DNA of 63,619 nt, counting the filler. It is 4 parts of 4 records of this genome, joined end to end, with 100 filler letters (N's around TTAATTAATTAA, not from the genome) between each part and the next. Parts side by side here need not be neighbours in the genome. Positions count along the whole stretch, not along the records: positions 1 to 17,271 come from SRR20825019_2749; 3 more parts are not named here. One strand, written 5' to 3'. Both the position numbers and the translations under genes were made by a program. The notes beneath the pieces were generated by a model, which did not search any database, had not been told where the DNA came from, and saw only the letters and a program-made list of their open reading frames with translations. This document shows positions 1-11,458 of the stretch, in pieces; positions within the stretch are counted from its first letter, which is position 1; each line of letters opens with the position of its first letter.

Positions 1-29
1 GGTGGACGCGCACGTCCCTGTGCGCGTTG

Positions 30-767
30 TCAGAGCGGTTCGACGGGTTGAATCGTCGGCCAGAGGATCATTTCCTGCATGAAGAGATGCGAGGGAAGGG
101 CGCAGACATCGGCGACGATCTTGCCGAGCTCCCCGGGTTGAATACACCGCTTGCGGATCTCCTTCTCATGCTTACCAAGATCGGCGGCTTCGGAAAAGGA
201 GGTCGCACCCCACGAAGGTGCGATCGAAGTGACCCGCAAGCCCTGTTCACGGTGTTCGAGATAGAGACATTTGGAGAACTGTTCGAGCCCGGCCTTGGCG
301 GCCGAATAGGTGCTCCAGCCGGGCCACGCCTGATGCGCGCACGAACTCGTAATATTCACAATCGTGCCGCCACCGGATTTGACGATTAACGGTGCCGCGC
401 GGCGGCAGCCATAGAGCGCGCCCGTGAGATTGATCGCGATGGAAACGGCGATTTCGTCGTCGGTCTGCTCGGATGCCGGGGCGATCTTCACACCTGCTCC
501 GGCATTATTCACGAGAACCTCGAACGTGCCGGGAGCGCGATTCACTTCAGCGAAGAGGCGATCCCAGTCTTCGGGGGAGGAGACATCGGCCTGGAAAGGG
601 AGGGCGCCGGTTTTTTTGGCCGTGCGATCCAGAGCACGTTGGTCGCGACCGGTGATCCAGACGCGATAACCTGCGTCGATCAACGATTGGGCGATGCCAA
701 CGCCGAAGCCTTTGGCGCCACCGGTGACGATGGCCTTGCGGATTTTGGATTTTTTTGGGGAGGGCAT
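30..767 (-). CDS. Short-chain dehydrogenase/reductase (SDR)
   Basis: TGGAKGFG Rossmann motif, NNAG, catalytic YSAAK; ATG at 767 chosen over upstream non-ATG start. Confidence 0.9.
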   Translation of the reverse strand: MPSPKKSKIRKAIVTGGAKGFGVGIAQSLIDAGYRVWITGRDQRALDRTAKKTGALPFQADVSSPEDWDRLFAEVNRAPGTFEVLVNNAGAGVKIAPASEQTDDEIAVSIAINLTGALYGCRRAAPLIVKSGGGTIVNITSSCAHQAWPGWSTYSAAKAGLEQFSKCLYLEHREQGLRVTSIAPSWGATSFSEAADLGKHEKEIRKRCIQPGELGKIVADVCALPSHLFMQEMILWPTIQPVEPL

Positions 768-1029
768 GATGAAGAGAGGGGCGGCATTGTGGCCGGAAAT
801 CAAGTCTGCAACGTCTTAAGAAGTATGATGACCACTGATTGGGTTGAGGTAGGGCGAACCGTTCCGGTGAGCCGCGGTTCCGGCTTCGCCAAAGTCATGA
901 TGGACAAATAGGCGAGGATGACTCGCCCAACCTTTGAAACGACATTTCATTGAAACCACCCGATGCTGTTACTTCGATCCCTTCTGTTTTGCGATTTGCG
1001 AAATCCGCTCCCATGCGCACGCTACCACC

Positions 1030-1449
1030 ATGGTTAAAAGCACGGGACTCTATCGCGGTGGATTGAATTGTGAACTGACCCACGGCCCTTCCGGTCAGGT
1101 GATTTCGACGGATGCTCCGGTCGACAACGAGGGTAAGGGGGAAGCCTTTTCGCCCACTGACCTGACGGCGGCCTCGCTCGGTTCCTGTGTAGTGACGACG
1201 ATGGCGATCGCGGCCCGTAAGCGACTGGGGATCGAATTGGACGGAACCCGTTGGGAAGTGACCAAGGAGATGTCCGCCGATGCTCCCCGACGGATCGTTC
1301 GTCTGAGCACGACAGTGTGGCTGTCGATTCCCCGATCAAAGGATGCCGATGGCGTCTTGGAACGCGTGGCGCTGGGCTGTCCCGTTCACCGCAGCCTGCA
1401 TCCCGACATAGCGAAGCCCATGGTGTTTCACTGGACGGACGAGGCCTGA
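1030..1449 (+). CDS. OsmC/YhfA-like protein
   Basis: TDAP..GKGEAFSPTDL, two conserved Cys (LGSC, GCPVHRSL). Confidence 0.9.
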   Translation: MVKSTGLYRGGLNCELTHGPSGQVISTDAPVDNEGKGEAFSPTDLTAASLGSCVVTTMAIAARKRLGIELDGTRWEVTKEMSADAPRRIVRLSTTVWLSIPRSKDADGVLERVALGCPVHRSLHPDIAKPMVFHWTDEA

Positions 1450-1904
1450 TTTTCCGGAGCGGTGCTCAGGGTATAGGTGCCGTTGAAAATCAATTCCACG
1501 TCATCCACCCCGATACGGACCTTGATCTTGCCGTGGTTCTCATCGGCGGGATCGGCATAGCCGGTGATATGACGCGGTTTATTTTTGTGATTAAGGGCTT
1601 GGCCGGTGAACTCGCAGCGCTCTCCCCGGCGAAGTTTTGCCCGGTGTTCATCGGTGAGGGTGATGAGAATACTGCCGGTTTCGCCCCAGAATACCCAGGG
1701 AAAGACCTTCGCCTGATAGGTCGCGCGGTATTCATCTGTTTCGCGCTCAAATTGGGTGGTGATGAGCTTCACGCTGCCCACATAGATGGAGGTCTTCATC
1801 GGACCGACTTCGACACGATTCCATTCGGAGGGTGCGGTGGAGGCAGGAGTAGCCGAGACCGCACCGGCGAGGAGAAACAATATCCAAAGGTAACAGGGGC
1901 GCAT
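1428..1904 (-). CDS. Secreted hypothetical protein
   Basis: Signal-peptide-like N-terminus (MRPCYLWILFLLAGAVSA), beta-rich body; 22-nt tail-to-tail overlap with the OsmC gene. Confidence 0.7.
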   Translation of the reverse strand: MRPCYLWILFLLAGAVSATPASTAPSEWNRVEVGPMKTSIYVGSVKLITTQFERETDEYRATYQAKVFPWVFWGETGSILITLTDEHRAKLRRGERCEFTGQALNHKNKPRHITGYADPADENHGKIKVRIGVDDVELIFNGTYTLSTAPENQASSVQ

Positions 1905-2003
1905 GACTGAGGGACACCATGCGGCCCACGTAGTTCGGTGCAATTGGGAATTGGTTGATAGTTTCTCATTGCGCGGCGGCTCGCCCGAGCGTGAAGTTGC
2001 GCC

Positions 2004-3410
2004 ATGGCCAAGAAGAATTCACAAGCCACTTGGGGCGGACGCTTCACGGCGGGCCCTGCCAAGCTGATGCTCAAGTTTAGCGAATCGGTATCATTCGATA
2101 ACCGTCTCGCGTTGTTTGATATTGCGGGCAGCAAAGCTCATTCTGCGATGCTGGCCAAGGTAGGCCTGATCTCGGCCAAGGAGCGCAACGCGATCCACAA
2201 GGGGCTCGATGTGATTCAAAAGGAGATCGTCGCTGGTAAGTTTGCATGGGACGAACGCTTTGAAGATGTGCATATGAACATCGAGCAGGCCCTGACGGCC
2301 CGCGTGCCGGCGGCGGCGAAATTGCACACCGCCCGGAGCCGCAACGATCAAGTGGCCACGGATATGCGGTTGTGGTTCAAGGCCGCCTCCCAGGATTTGG
2401 TCGATCTGTTCTTCGAAGCCCAACGCGCCTTGCTGGCGATCGCCCGGGCCAACCCTGAAGTGCTGATCCCCGGTTACACCCATTTGCAACGCGCCCAACC
2501 CGTCTACCTTGCGCATCATCTGTTCGCGTGGATGGAAATGCTGGACCGTGATCGGGAGCGGTTTGAACGGCTGCAATCTCTCGCCAACTGGTGTCCGTTG
2601 GGCTCCGGTGCGATTGCTGGCACGACGTTGCCAATCGACCGCGAGTTCACCGCGAAAGAGTTGGGTTTTGTCGACGCGAAGGGCCGTCCTCAGGTGTCAC
2701 AGAACTCCATGGATACGGTCGCGGATCGCGATCTCTTCATCGAATTTGCCAACGCCTGTGCGATGGCGGGCGTGCATTTTTCCCGGATCGCCGAGGATCT
2801 GATTTTGTGGAGCAGCACGGAGTTTAATTTCGTGGAATTACCCGATGCGTTCTGCACCGGCTCCTCGTTGATGCCGCAAAAGAAGAACCCCGATTCCTGC
2901 GAATTGCTGCGTGGTAAATCCGCCCGCCTGCAGGGGAATCTCCATACTTTGCTCACCTTGGCGAAGGGACTTCCACTGACCTACAACCGTGATTTGCAGG
3001 AGGATAAACCTCCGGTGTTTGACAGCTACGATCAGATGGTGATGTGCGTGGAAGTGCTCACCGGCACGATTGGCGGGATGACGATCAAGGAAAGTTCCTG
3101 TGCGGCCGCCGTCGCCGATCCGGCATTGCTGGCGACCGATCTCGCCGACTATCTGGTGGAAAACGGCGTGCCGTTTCGTGAAGCGCACCACGTGGTGGGC
3201 GCGGTCGTGCAACTTGCGGAGAAGAATTCCGTGCAGCTCGATCAGATACCGACCGAGGAAGTGCAGAAACTGCACCAGGCGTTCAAGGCGGACTGGGTGG
3301 AGGTTTTCGATTTGAAACGTGCGATGTCGAAACGTGCGGGCACCGGCATGCCCGGCCCGACGCAGTTGCGTAAGCAGTTTACCCGTTGGGGACGACGGTT
3401 GCGAGACTGA
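2004..3410 (+). CDS. argH: Argininosuccinate lyase
   Basis: [44 protein letters not shown] signature. Confidence 0.98.
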   Translation: MAKKNSQATWGGRFTAGPAKLMLKFSESVSFDNRLALFDIAGSKAHSAMLAKVGLISAKERNAIHKGLDVIQKEIVAGKFAWDERFEDVHMNIEQALTARVPAAAKLHTARSRNDQVATDMRLWFKAASQDLVDLFFEAQRALLAIARANPEVLIPGYTHLQRAQPVYLAHHLFAWMEMLDRDRERFERLQSLANWCPLGSGAIAGTTLPIDREFTAKELGFVDAKGRPQVSQNSMDTVADRDLFIEFANACAMAGVHFSRIAEDLILWSSTEFNFVELPDAFCTGSSLMPQKKNPDSCELLRGKSARLQGNLHTLLTLAKGLPLTYNRDLQEDKPPVFDSYDQMVMCVEVLTGTIGGMTIKESSCAAAVADPALLATDLADYLVENGVPFREAHHVVGAVVQLAEKNSVQLDQIPTEEVQKLHQAFKADWVEVFDLKRAMSKRAGTGMPGPTQLRKQFTRWGRRLRD

Positions 3411-4819
3411 TGGCGACGCTGTTTCCCACGCAAAAATCTGATCCTGAATTATACCCCTATCGATCAGGCCTGGTCTTCGGCTTTTTCAACGCGCTGGTTT
3501 GGCAGATTGCGATTGGCACGCCGATGGTGCTGTTTGCCGAGCAACTCGGCGCGAGCTCGTTCCAAGTGGGGCTGGCCTATTCGTTCGTGTTTCTGCAGAC
3601 GCCGTTGCAAATCTTCGCAACGGCGTTGCTGCCGCGCTACGGTTTCAAGAAACTGGCGATGCGCGGGTGGGCGGCCCGGAGTGTCTTTTTGCTGATTCCG
3701 CTCGCGCTGGCGATCATCGCTCCCGAATCGGGCAACCTCTGGATGATCAATACCTTCATCGCGAGCGTCTTCTTCTTTTGTATTTTTCGGACGATCGGGG
3801 CATCGGCCCTGACGGCGTGGATTTTCGGATTTCTACCGCCGGAAATTCGCGGTCGTTATTTCGGGAGCGATCAGATGATCGCCGGCATCGCCGGGGTGGG
3901 CACGCTGGTGGCCTGCGCTGCGCTGTTTGCATTTTTACCGATCTACACGGCGTTGCTCGTTCAATACGGGATCACGATCATCGGTTCGGTGTTGAGCTAT
4001 ATTTCGATGGCGAAGCTGCCGGATATCGAGCGGCCCACCTCGATCAGTTTGTGGTCGGTGCTGCGGGATACGCCCCGTCATCTTTTCCATCCATCTCCGT
4101 TTCGTAGGTTCATGTGGCTGTCTGCCTGGTTTATGATTTCGACCACCTCGATCCCACCGTTTGCGGCCTATTATCTGAAGACGGCGGCGCATCAGTCGGC
4201 CGGACATATCATGCTCTTTGAAGTGATGCGTTATCTGGGGGTCATTGCGGGGGCCTGGTTGATTCGACGTCGCGTGGACGCGACCGGGGCGAAACCGTTT
4301 TTCCTGCTCGGACTGATACTCTACGTGGGAGTGGCTGTTTTCTGGTTGTTGTTTCTGCAAGGGTTTCTCGGGAGTGGCAGCGTGTTTTTCGGGCTTTACC
4401 TCCTGCTCGGTTTGAGCGCGGTCACATGGAATATCGCGAATCTGAACTACCTACCGCAGGTGGTCGCGGGTGAACATCGTGCATTGGTTATCTCGATTCA
4501 CGGCGCCGTGACCGCCTGCTTGGGTGGTTGTTCGCCGATCTTGCTGGGCTTGGTGCTGCGCGGCCAGACCCCGACGGGTGAACCCACGATGAATACGGAG
4601 GCGTTTCAGTGGTTCTTCGTGACGCTGATCCTGAGCCTGAGCGTGCTCTCAATCTTTATGGCGCGGTTGAAAGAAGATCGTTCGATTGAGGTGGAGCCTC
4701 TCGTGATCGGTAATGCTCTGTTCCGGCCGTTCCGCGCCGTGAGCTACCTGGTCAATTTGATGGATCTGCTGAATTTGGCCAAAGGTCGGGAAAAACCCTC
4801 AAAACCGGCGGAAGACTAA
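3410..4819 (+). CDS. MFS-type transporter
   Basis: About 12 hydrophobic segments, PPEIRGRYFG loop; ATG overlaps the argH stop (TGATG). Confidence 0.8.
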   Translation: MATLFPTQKSDPELYPYRSGLVFGFFNALVWQIAIGTPMVLFAEQLGASSFQVGLAYSFVFLQTPLQIFATALLPRYGFKKLAMRGWAARSVFLLIPLALAIIAPESGNLWMINTFIASVFFFCIFRTIGASALTAWIFGFLPPEIRGRYFGSDQMIAGIAGVGTLVACAALFAFLPIYTALLVQYGITIIGSVLSYISMAKLPDIERPTSISLWSVLRDTPRHLFHPSPFRRFMWLSAWFMISTTSIPPFAAYYLKTAAHQSAGHIMLFEVMRYLGVIAGAWLIRRRVDATGAKPFFLLGLILYVGVAVFWLLFLQGFLGSGSVFFGLYLLLGLSAVTWNIANLNYLPQVVAGEHRALVISIHGAVTACLGGCSPILLGLVLRGQTPTGEPTMNTEAFQWFFVTLILSLSVLSIFMARLKEDRSIEVEPLVIGNALFRPFRAVSYLVNLMDLLNLAKGREKPSKPAED

Positions 4820-4867
4820 TTCCACGCTTCCGTCTTCACGGGTTTCCGTGATTGGGTGCTGGTTCCT

Positions 4868-6667
4868 ATGGCTACAGTTCGCATCTTACCCGACCGGGTC
4901 GCCAATCAAATCGCTGCTGGCGAGGTGATCGAGCGCCCGGCAGCCGTGGTTAAGGAACTGGTGGAAAACGCGCTCGATGCCGGGGCGACCCGGATCGAAG
5001 TCGAGTTCCGCCATGGCGGGCGTTCGCTGATGCGGGTGGAGGATAACGGTCAGGGAATGAGTCAGGACAACGCCCTGTTGTCGCTCGAGCGACACGCGAC
5101 GAGTAAGATCGCGGAGGCCGCCGATCTGGATGTTCTGGGCAGTTACGGGTTTCGCGGCGAGGCACTCCCATCGATCGCGAGTGTGTCGCGTTTCGAAATG
5201 CAGACCCGTGAGGAGGGGCATGATGTGGGCACGGAGATTCTGGTGAATGGTGGCAAGCTCGTGCACGTGCGTGAATGTGGTCGTCCGGTCGGCACGAGTA
5301 TCGCGGTCACGCATTTGTTCAATTCGGTGCCCGCGCGACGTAAGTTTCTGAAGACGGATCAGACCGAAGCGGCGCACATAATTCAGTGCGTGCGATTCTA
5401 TGCGTTGGCCAGTCCGCAGGCGGCATTTACGCTGATCGAGAACGGGCGGGTGATTTTCAAATCACCGGAATGTGCGACCCTCCGGGACCGGGTGGCGGAG
5501 ATCTTTGGCCGGCAGACCTCCGAATCGCTCGTCGAAATTTCCAACGAAGAGGGAGGCATGCGTTTGCAGGGGCTGATCGGTCAACCGGGCACCGGCCGGG
5601 GCACGCGCCACGAGATGGTGATCTTTGTGAATCAGCGTCCGGTGGACAGTCGCACGCTGAATTATGCGCTGATCGAGAGTTATCACGAATCGTTGCCGAA
5701 GGGACGCTATCCGGTCGCGTTTCTTTTCTTCGAATGCGATCCGGCGGCGGTGGATGTGAATGTGCATCCGGCAAAACGCGAAGTGCGATTCCGGAGCGAA
5801 CCCGCGGTGCGGGCCTTTGTGATTCGGAGCGTGCTGGGCCGCTTGCGCGAACTCACGGATACGGCCCGACCGGAAGCGGAGCCCGCCACGGAATCGAACA
5901 CGCCGACAGCCGTGGCTCCGACTCCCCAGAGGCCGCCGCTCGCCACGCGGCCTCCGATGACGTTCCAATCAAAGCCCCTCGCTCCTCTGTCTCAAGTCGC
6001 TCCGGTGAGGCCCGCGGCGCGCGAGCCGACAACTCCAAGGCCGGAATCCGCCGCGCCCACCACCGCCGCGTCTGAATCACCCCGGTCGCCGACGTGGCGC
6101 TATCTTGGGGTCGCGCATACGAATTTCGCGCTCTTTGAAACCTCCGCTGGGGTGGTGATGCTGGATCGGCGGGCGGCCCATGAACGGATCTGGTTCGAGC
6201 GATTACAGGGGCAGTTCAAGGTCGGCAAAGTGCCGAGCCAGCGACTGTTGCTGCCGGTGCCCGTCGAACTCGATCCGATCGCGGCAGCCATGTTACTGGA
6301 TCGACTGACGTTTCTGAACGAGCACGGTTTCGAAGTCTCGGAGTTCGGGCGGAATTTTTTCCGGATTGAGGCGCTCCCGGCGTGGATGGAACCCTCAGTT
6401 GCAGAAAGCTTTATGCGTGATTTCCTCGGGCTGTTGCGCGAGGGCCGTCTGCCGGAAGGTAATGTGGATTTGGCGCGCGACGAACTGGCCCGATTGGCTG
6501 TGTCCAAGGCCGTGAAACTCCCCGGGAATCCCAATGAAACAGAGGTGAGGTCGCTATTAGCGCAGCTATTTGTCACACAGCATCCTTTGACGAGTCCGTC
6601 CGGACGCCCCACATATATTGAACTTAACCACTCCGAGCTGGCCCGGCGCTTTCAGAAAACTTCTTGA
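4868..6667 (+). CDS. mutL: DNA mismatch repair protein MutL
   Basis: NQIAAGEVIERP, GFRGEAL, DVNVHPAKREV, Pro/Ala linker, C-terminal DRRAAHER and SPSGRP. Confidence 0.97.
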   Translation: MATVRILPDRVANQIAAGEVIERPAAVVKELVENALDAGATRIEVEFRHGGRSLMRVEDNGQGMSQDNALLSLERHATSKIAEAADLDVLGSYGFRGEALPSIASVSRFEMQTREEGHDVGTEILVNGGKLVHVRECGRPVGTSIAVTHLFNSVPARRKFLKTDQTEAAHIIQCVRFYALASPQAAFTLIENGRVIFKSPECATLRDRVAEIFGRQTSESLVEISNEEGGMRLQGLIGQPGTGRGTRHEMVIFVNQRPVDSRTLNYALIESYHESLPKGRYPVAFLFFECDPAAVDVNVHPAKREVRFRSEPAVRAFVIRSVLGRLRELTDTARPEAEPATESNTPTAVAPTPQRPPLATRPPMTFQSKPLAPLSQVAPVRPAAREPTTPRPESAAPTTAASESPRSPTWRYLGVAHTNFALFETSAGVVMLDRRAAHERIWFERLQGQFKVGKVPSQRLLLPVPVELDPIAAAMLLDRLTFLNEHGFEVSEFGRNFFRIEALPAWMEPSVAESFMRDFLGLLREGRLPEGNVDLARDELARLAVSKAVKLPGNPNETEVRSLLAQLFVTQHPLTSPSGRPTYIELNHSELARRFQKTS

Positions 6668-6710
6668 ACGTTGACGCGACTGGCACGAATCCTGTTTCCC
6701 TCTCTCATCC

Positions 6711-9209
6711 ATGCCTGCTAACAAAAAGACTGCCAAGACAGCGACCACCGCCAAACGAATCCCCCAGGATCCGCCCGAAGTTGTGCTGCGTTCACTGATT
6801 TTGCGTCACCTCACATCCACGCTGGCCCGGCATCAGGCAGGTGCGACGCCCCGTGATTGGTGGGTGGCTACGGCGCTCGCCGTGCGCGATACGATTCATC
6901 AGCGGATGATGAAAACGCAGGCGGCCCATGCGAAAGGCAATGTGCGTCGGCTCTACTACTTTTCGATGGAGTATCTGATGGGCCGTTTGTTTGAGAGCAA
7001 TCTGCACGCGACCGGCATGGAGGAAACGGCGCGTCTGGCCTTGGCCGATCTGGGAGTTGACTTCGAAGCGGCGCGGGAATCGGAACTCGATATGGGCCTC
7101 GGCAACGGGGGCCTGGGTCGTCTCGCTGCCTGCTTTCTCGATTCGCTTTCCACGCAGGATTATCCGGCGTTGGGCTACGGCATCTACTATGAGTTTGGCC
7201 TCTTCAAACAGGAGTTTGTGAACGGCAAACAAATCGAGCACCCCGATCGCTGGCGGGTGTTTGGCAGTCCGTGGGAAGTGGTGCACTCGGATTACTCGCA
7301 GGTCATACCTTACGGCGGTCGCGTGGACCATGTCTTTGATGATCGCGGCAATTCGAAACCCCGCTGGGTGGATACGGAGACGATTCTCGGAGTGCCGCAC
7401 GACATCCCCATCGCGGGATACGGCACCGGCACCGTGAATCTGTTGCGCCTCTGGTCTTCCCACGCGACGGAGGATTTCGATTTGGCGGCGTTCAACTCCG
7501 GTGGATACGAGGAAGCTGTGCGGGAGAAGGCCGCCGGTGAGACGATTTCGAAGGTGCTTTACCCGAATGATACGACGGAAAACGGCAAGGAACTGCGGCT
7601 TGTGCAGCAGTATTTCTTTGTGGCGTGTTCGCTGCGCGATTTGATCCGCCGGCACTTCCGCGATGATGCGAATACTTGGGATAACTTTTCCGATAAGGTC
7701 GCGATTCAACTCAACGATACCCATCCGGCCATTGCGGTGGTGGAGTTGATGCGGATTCTCCTCGATGATCATCATCTCGCGTGGGACGACGCATGGGCGA
7801 TTGTGGGGCGCACCTTTGCCTACACGAACCACACGCTTTTGCCGGAAGCGCTCGAGAAGTGGGGCGTGCCGTTGTTTGAGAAGGTCTTGCCACGTCACCT
7901 CGGAATCATCTTCGAGATCAACAGTCACCTGATGGCGTCCTGCGAAAAACAGTGGCCGGGAGACAACGAGAAGAAACGCGTGTGCTCCATTATTGAGGAA
8001 AACGGAGGCAAGATGGTGCGCATGGCCAATCTCGCAGTGGCCGGATCGCATACGGTCAACGGGGTCGCGGCATTGCACACCGTGTTGTTGCGCAAGCATC
8101 TCTTTCCGGAGTTCGACGCCTTGTATCCCGGCAAGTTTCAGAACAAGACCAATGGGATCACCCCGCGTCGCTGGTTGCTGCAGTGCAATCCTCGTTTGTC
8201 GAAGTTTATCACCGGCCATCTCGGCCATGATAAATGGGTCCGGAATCTCGATGAATTGCGCGGCCTGGAAAAACTGGCCAAGGATAAGCAGGCGCAGGAA
8301 GAGTTCATGGCCATCAAGCGGGCCAACAAAGTCGATCTCGCGGCGATTATCAAAGCGGACTGTGGTCTCGACGTATCGCCCGAGGCGATCTTCGACGTGC
8401 AGATTAAACGTCTGCATGAATACAAGCGTCAGCATCTGAATCTGCTGCACATTCTCGGGCTGTATCGCCGACTCCTGCAGGATCCCGGTCTCGATATCGT
8501 GCCCCGCGTGTTTGTCTTCGCGGCGAAGGCCGCTCCCGGTTACGACCTCGCGAAAAACATTATCCGCGCAATCAATGTGATCGGCAACAAGATCAACAAC
8601 GACGAGCGCATCGGGGGGAAACTCAAGATCGCGTTTCTGCCCAACTACCGTGTCTCATTGGCTGAAAGAATCATTCCGGCGGCGGATCTGTCCGAACAGA
8701 TTTCCACTGCCGGGAAGGAAGCTTCCGGCACGGGCAATATGAAACTCTCGCTCAATGGCGCACTGACCATCGGCACGCTCGATGGGGCCAACGTTGAAAT
8801 CGGCGAAGAAGTCGGCGACGACAATATCTTCATCTTCGGTCTCACGGTGGAAGAGGTCGAAGCGCTCCGCGAAAAGGGTTATCACTCGCGTAAGGTTTAC
8901 GAACAGGACGAAGAAATCCGTCATCTGGTGGATTGGCTCGGTAGCGACTATTTCACTCCGGGAGAGCATGGTGCTTTTGCTCGGTTGCATCACAGTTTGC
9001 TGGACGGGAATGATCCCTATCTGGTTTTGGCCGACTACCGTTCCTATGCCGAATGTCAGGCCCGGGTGGATGAAGCGTATCGCGACCAAAGCAAGTGGGC
9101 CGAGATGGCGATCCTCAACACGGCGCGCGTCGGCAAATTCTCCAGCGATCGCACGATTCGGGAATACGCGGAACAGATCTGGAATCTACCAGCCGTTCCA
9201 GTGGAGTAG
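6711..9209 (+). CDS. glgP: Glycogen/maltodextrin phosphorylase
   Basis: [34 protein letters not shown] site EASGTGNMK. Confidence 0.97.
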   Translation: MPANKKTAKTATTAKRIPQDPPEVVLRSLILRHLTSTLARHQAGATPRDWWVATALAVRDTIHQRMMKTQAAHAKGNVRRLYYFSMEYLMGRLFESNLHATGMEETARLALADLGVDFEAARESELDMGLGNGGLGRLAACFLDSLSTQDYPALGYGIYYEFGLFKQEFVNGKQIEHPDRWRVFGSPWEVVHSDYSQVIPYGGRVDHVFDDRGNSKPRWVDTETILGVPHDIPIAGYGTGTVNLLRLWSSHATEDFDLAAFNSGGYEEAVREKAAGETISKVLYPNDTTENGKELRLVQQYFFVACSLRDLIRRHFRDDANTWDNFSDKVAIQLNDTHPAIAVVELMRILLDDHHLAWDDAWAIVGRTFAYTNHTLLPEALEKWGVPLFEKVLPRHLGIIFEINSHLMASCEKQWPGDNEKKRVCSIIEENGGKMVRMANLAVAGSHTVNGVAALHTVLLRKHLFPEFDALYPGKFQNKTNGITPRRWLLQCNPRLSKFITGHLGHDKWVRNLDELRGLEKLAKDKQAQEEFMAIKRANKVDLAAIIKADCGLDVSPEAIFDVQIKRLHEYKRQHLNLLHILGLYRRLLQDPGLDIVPRVFVFAAKAAPGYDLAKNIIRAINVIGNKINNDERIGGKLKIAFLPNYRVSLAERIIPAADLSEQISTAGKEASGTGNMKLSLNGALTIGTLDGANVEIGEEVGDDNIFIFGLTVEEVEALREKGYHSRKVYEQDEEIRHLVDWLGSDYFTPGEHGAFARLHHSLLDGNDPYLVLADYRSYAECQARVDEAYRDQSKWAEMAILNTARVGKFSSDRTIREYAEQIWNLPAVPVE

Positions 9210-9485
9210 CCTCGGGATCGATTTTGTGACGTTTCTTTAATGCCGTGGACACAGGGCCCATCATCACGCCCCTGCATACTGTCATGGCGGGGAGCGTGGC
9301 CTCGTGACCCTCGACGATTACTCTTCCGTTGACGCCTGCCTACCGGTGGATTGCCGCTGCCGTCCCACCGCGTGGGACCAAAAATGACACATTGGAGAGT
9401 TCATTGGCGGGAGTCTGGCGATGGACGACGTCATCCACGACCGCTTGCTTAACCAGTTCCAATAGATGCCTCCATGTGATCTTCG

Positions 9486-9557
9486 AGTGAATGTCACTTA
9501 ATAAGTGACATTCACTGGGTGAGGGAGGGGGTAAAGATGTCACCTATTAAGTGACAT
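9486..9557. repeat. Pair of related palindromes (ATGTCAC-N7-GTGACAT), REP-like or operator-like
   Basis: 9486-9516 is a perfect 15-bp inverted repeat AGTGAATGTCACTTA-A-TAAGTGACATTCACT; the reverse complement of 9537-9557 matches its 21-bp core at 20/21. Confidence 0.75.
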
Positions 9558-9571
9558 GTTGGATTGGGGAC

Positions 9572-10834
9572 TCAGGTTTGTCGGAAAATCAGTCCGACAT
9601 TGCTGCCGCCGAAACCGCTGCTGGTGCTCAGAATCGTGCGCGGGGCTTCGTCGAGCGTGGTCCGGGGGAGGTCGAGTCCTTCGCAGGCTTCATCCGGCGT
9701 TTTCAGATGGTGATTACCGGGAATGAATTTCTCCTTGATCGCGAGGGCACAAAACGCGCCCTCCATGACACCGGCCATGGAAAGCGGATGGCCGGTCAGG
9801 CCTTTGGTGCTGCTCACACGAGGCGTGGCTCCTGCCTCCGTAAATATTTTCCGAAGGGCCCGGGCTTCGGATTGATCACCGGCGGGCGTAGAAGTGGCAT
9901 GCGCGTTGATGTAATCGATATCACCGGCGTGGAGATTACAATCGGTCAGGGTTCGATTGATGGCATCGGTCAAACCGGTGCCTTCGGGATGAGAGACGGC
10001 GATGTTGTAACCATCGGCGGCCTGACCCCAGCCCGCCAATTCAGCATAGATTGGTGCGCCGCGTTGCTGCGCAAATTCGGCTTCCTCGACGATCATCGCC
10101 ACGGCGCCACAGGAGCCGACAAAGCCATCGCGATCGACATCGAAGGGACGCGAGGCAGTATCGGGATCCGCATTGGCGGAGAGGGCGCGCATCGCGGCAA
10201 ATGGTAAAATGCTCTCCACGGTGGCTTCTTCGGCGCCAACGACAATCATGCGCTTCTGGCGGCCCAGACGAATATCATCCAACGCGCAGCCGAGAGCGTG
10301 GCTGGATGAGGCGCAGGCGGCCGCAAATCCGCCGACCGCACCGCGGATGCCGTAGAAGGCGGCGAGATTGAAATTCAGTGTGCCGGCGATTGAGGAGACG
10401 ACGCTCAGAGGACTGCAACGTTCACCTCGGGTTTCAAACATCCGGTTCAGATGATGATACGTCATCATCGTGGATCCGGCCGAAGCGCAATACAGCCCCG
10501 TTTCCCCGTCCCGCACGGATTGACTGGTGAGACCGGCATCGGCAAGGGCCTGCTCAATCGCACAGATCGAGAAGAGACCGTGAGGTGAAAACCCGCGCAA
10601 CGCTTCGCGGGGGATCGAATAGTTTTCCGGATAGCGCCAATCGCGCCAATTTGCGGCGGTGGCATCGAACCCCTTTAAAGTGCCGATGACTTTGACGGAC
10701 ACATTGGGATTTTCGAAATACTCGACGGGAGCGATACCGTGTCGCCCCTGCCGCAGACTTTCAACCACGGTAAGACGGTCGTTGCCAATGGGGGTAATCA
10801 GACCGAGACCGGTAACAAGGGCTTGGCGGGGCAT
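9572..10834 (-). CDS. Beta-ketoacyl-ACP synthase (FabB/FabF family)
   Basis: VTGLG, catalytic AACASS, INAHATST, STKGLTGH, SGFGGSN. Confidence 0.95.
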   Translation of the reverse strand: MPRQALVTGLGLITPIGNDRLTVVESLRQGRHGIAPVEYFENPNVSVKVIGTLKGFDATAANWRDWRYPENYSIPREALRGFSPHGLFSICAIEQALADAGLTSQSVRDGETGLYCASAGSTMMTYHHLNRMFETRGERCSPLSVVSSIAGTLNFNLAAFYGIRGAVGGFAAACASSSHALGCALDDIRLGRQKRMIVVGAEEATVESILPFAAMRALSANADPDTASRPFDVDRDGFVGSCGAVAMIVEEAEFAQQRGAPIYAELAGWGQAADGYNIAVSHPEGTGLTDAINRTLTDCNLHAGDIDYINAHATSTPAGDQSEARALRKIFTEAGATPRVSSTKGLTGHPLSMAGVMEGAFCALAIKEKFIPGNHHLKTPDEACEGLDLPRTTLDEAPRTILSTSSGFGGSNVGLIFRQT

Positions 10835-10849
10835 TCAGACGAAAGAAAT

Positions 10850-11236
10850 TTAGGAGTCGCTCGCCGCGGTGAGTTTATTGCGGAGGAAATATCGCAGATC
10901 GCCGATGGTGCGCAGGTTCATCAAATCCTTGTTGCTGATGGAAACATCGAAGACTTCCTCAATGACAAAGACGGCATCGGAAATGGATACGGAATCGATC
11001 CCGAGATCGCCAACCAAGGTGGATTCATCGGTGAGAGTGGCCGGAATTTGCCCCACTTTGCGTGAAGGCACGTGATCCCTGATGATCGCAATGACCACCT
11101 CATCTGCCGCCGCCATATCCCTGTGCTTGAGGAAACGCTGAAATGCATTGCGAACCTGAACAGGGAAAGGGGCCAGTGCTTCGGCGGCTTGTTCACTGGG
11201 CTCGGTGTTCAAAGAAGGTGATACGGATGAATCCAT
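10850..11236 (-). CDS. Acyl carrier protein with N-terminal extension
   Basis: GDLGIDSV phosphopantetheine-site motif, IEEVFDV, TIGDL; 15 bp upstream of the KAS gene. Confidence 0.8.
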   Translation of the reverse strand: MDSSVSPSLNTEPSEQAAEALAPFPVQVRNAFQRFLKHRDMAAADEVVIAIIRDHVPSRKVGQIPATLTDESTLVGDLGIDSVSISDAVFVIEEVFDVSISNKDLMNLRTIGDLRYFLRNKLTAASDS

Positions 11237-11311
11237 GCAATGGAGAGGCATGCGATGTAAAGCGACAGGCGCAAGATGTCCGGATGAAAACGGGTTAAAT
11301 CCGAGCTGCGA

Positions 11312-11336
11312 TGTTAAATTTGAGAAACTTTTAACA
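11312..11336. promoter_or_regulatory. Candidate operator TGTTAAA-N11-TTTAACA in a divergent intergenic region
   Basis: 7-bp inverted repeat in the AT-rich gap between ACP-KAS and the ydbH-like operon. Confidence 0.3.
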
Positions 11337-11458
11337 AATAGATGCATGCTGATTGCATAAGTAGTCACTCTACGAATACTGTAAAACGATGTCGCCATGC
11401 TATTAGCGGGATGGATTCGAGTCTAGCCACGCCACGGGCTTTGCGAAATCAATGAACT

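Noticed and set aside
6792-8450. 552-aa antisense ORF inside glgP, and similar shadow ORFs elsewhere (e.g. 32478-33389, 50089-51015)
   Set aside because: Typical antisense shadows of codon-biased genes, with no motifs of their own.
9210-9485. Possible transposase remnant or small ORF beside the palindromes
   Set aside because: No HUH or DDE motif and no convincing reading frame could be recognised.
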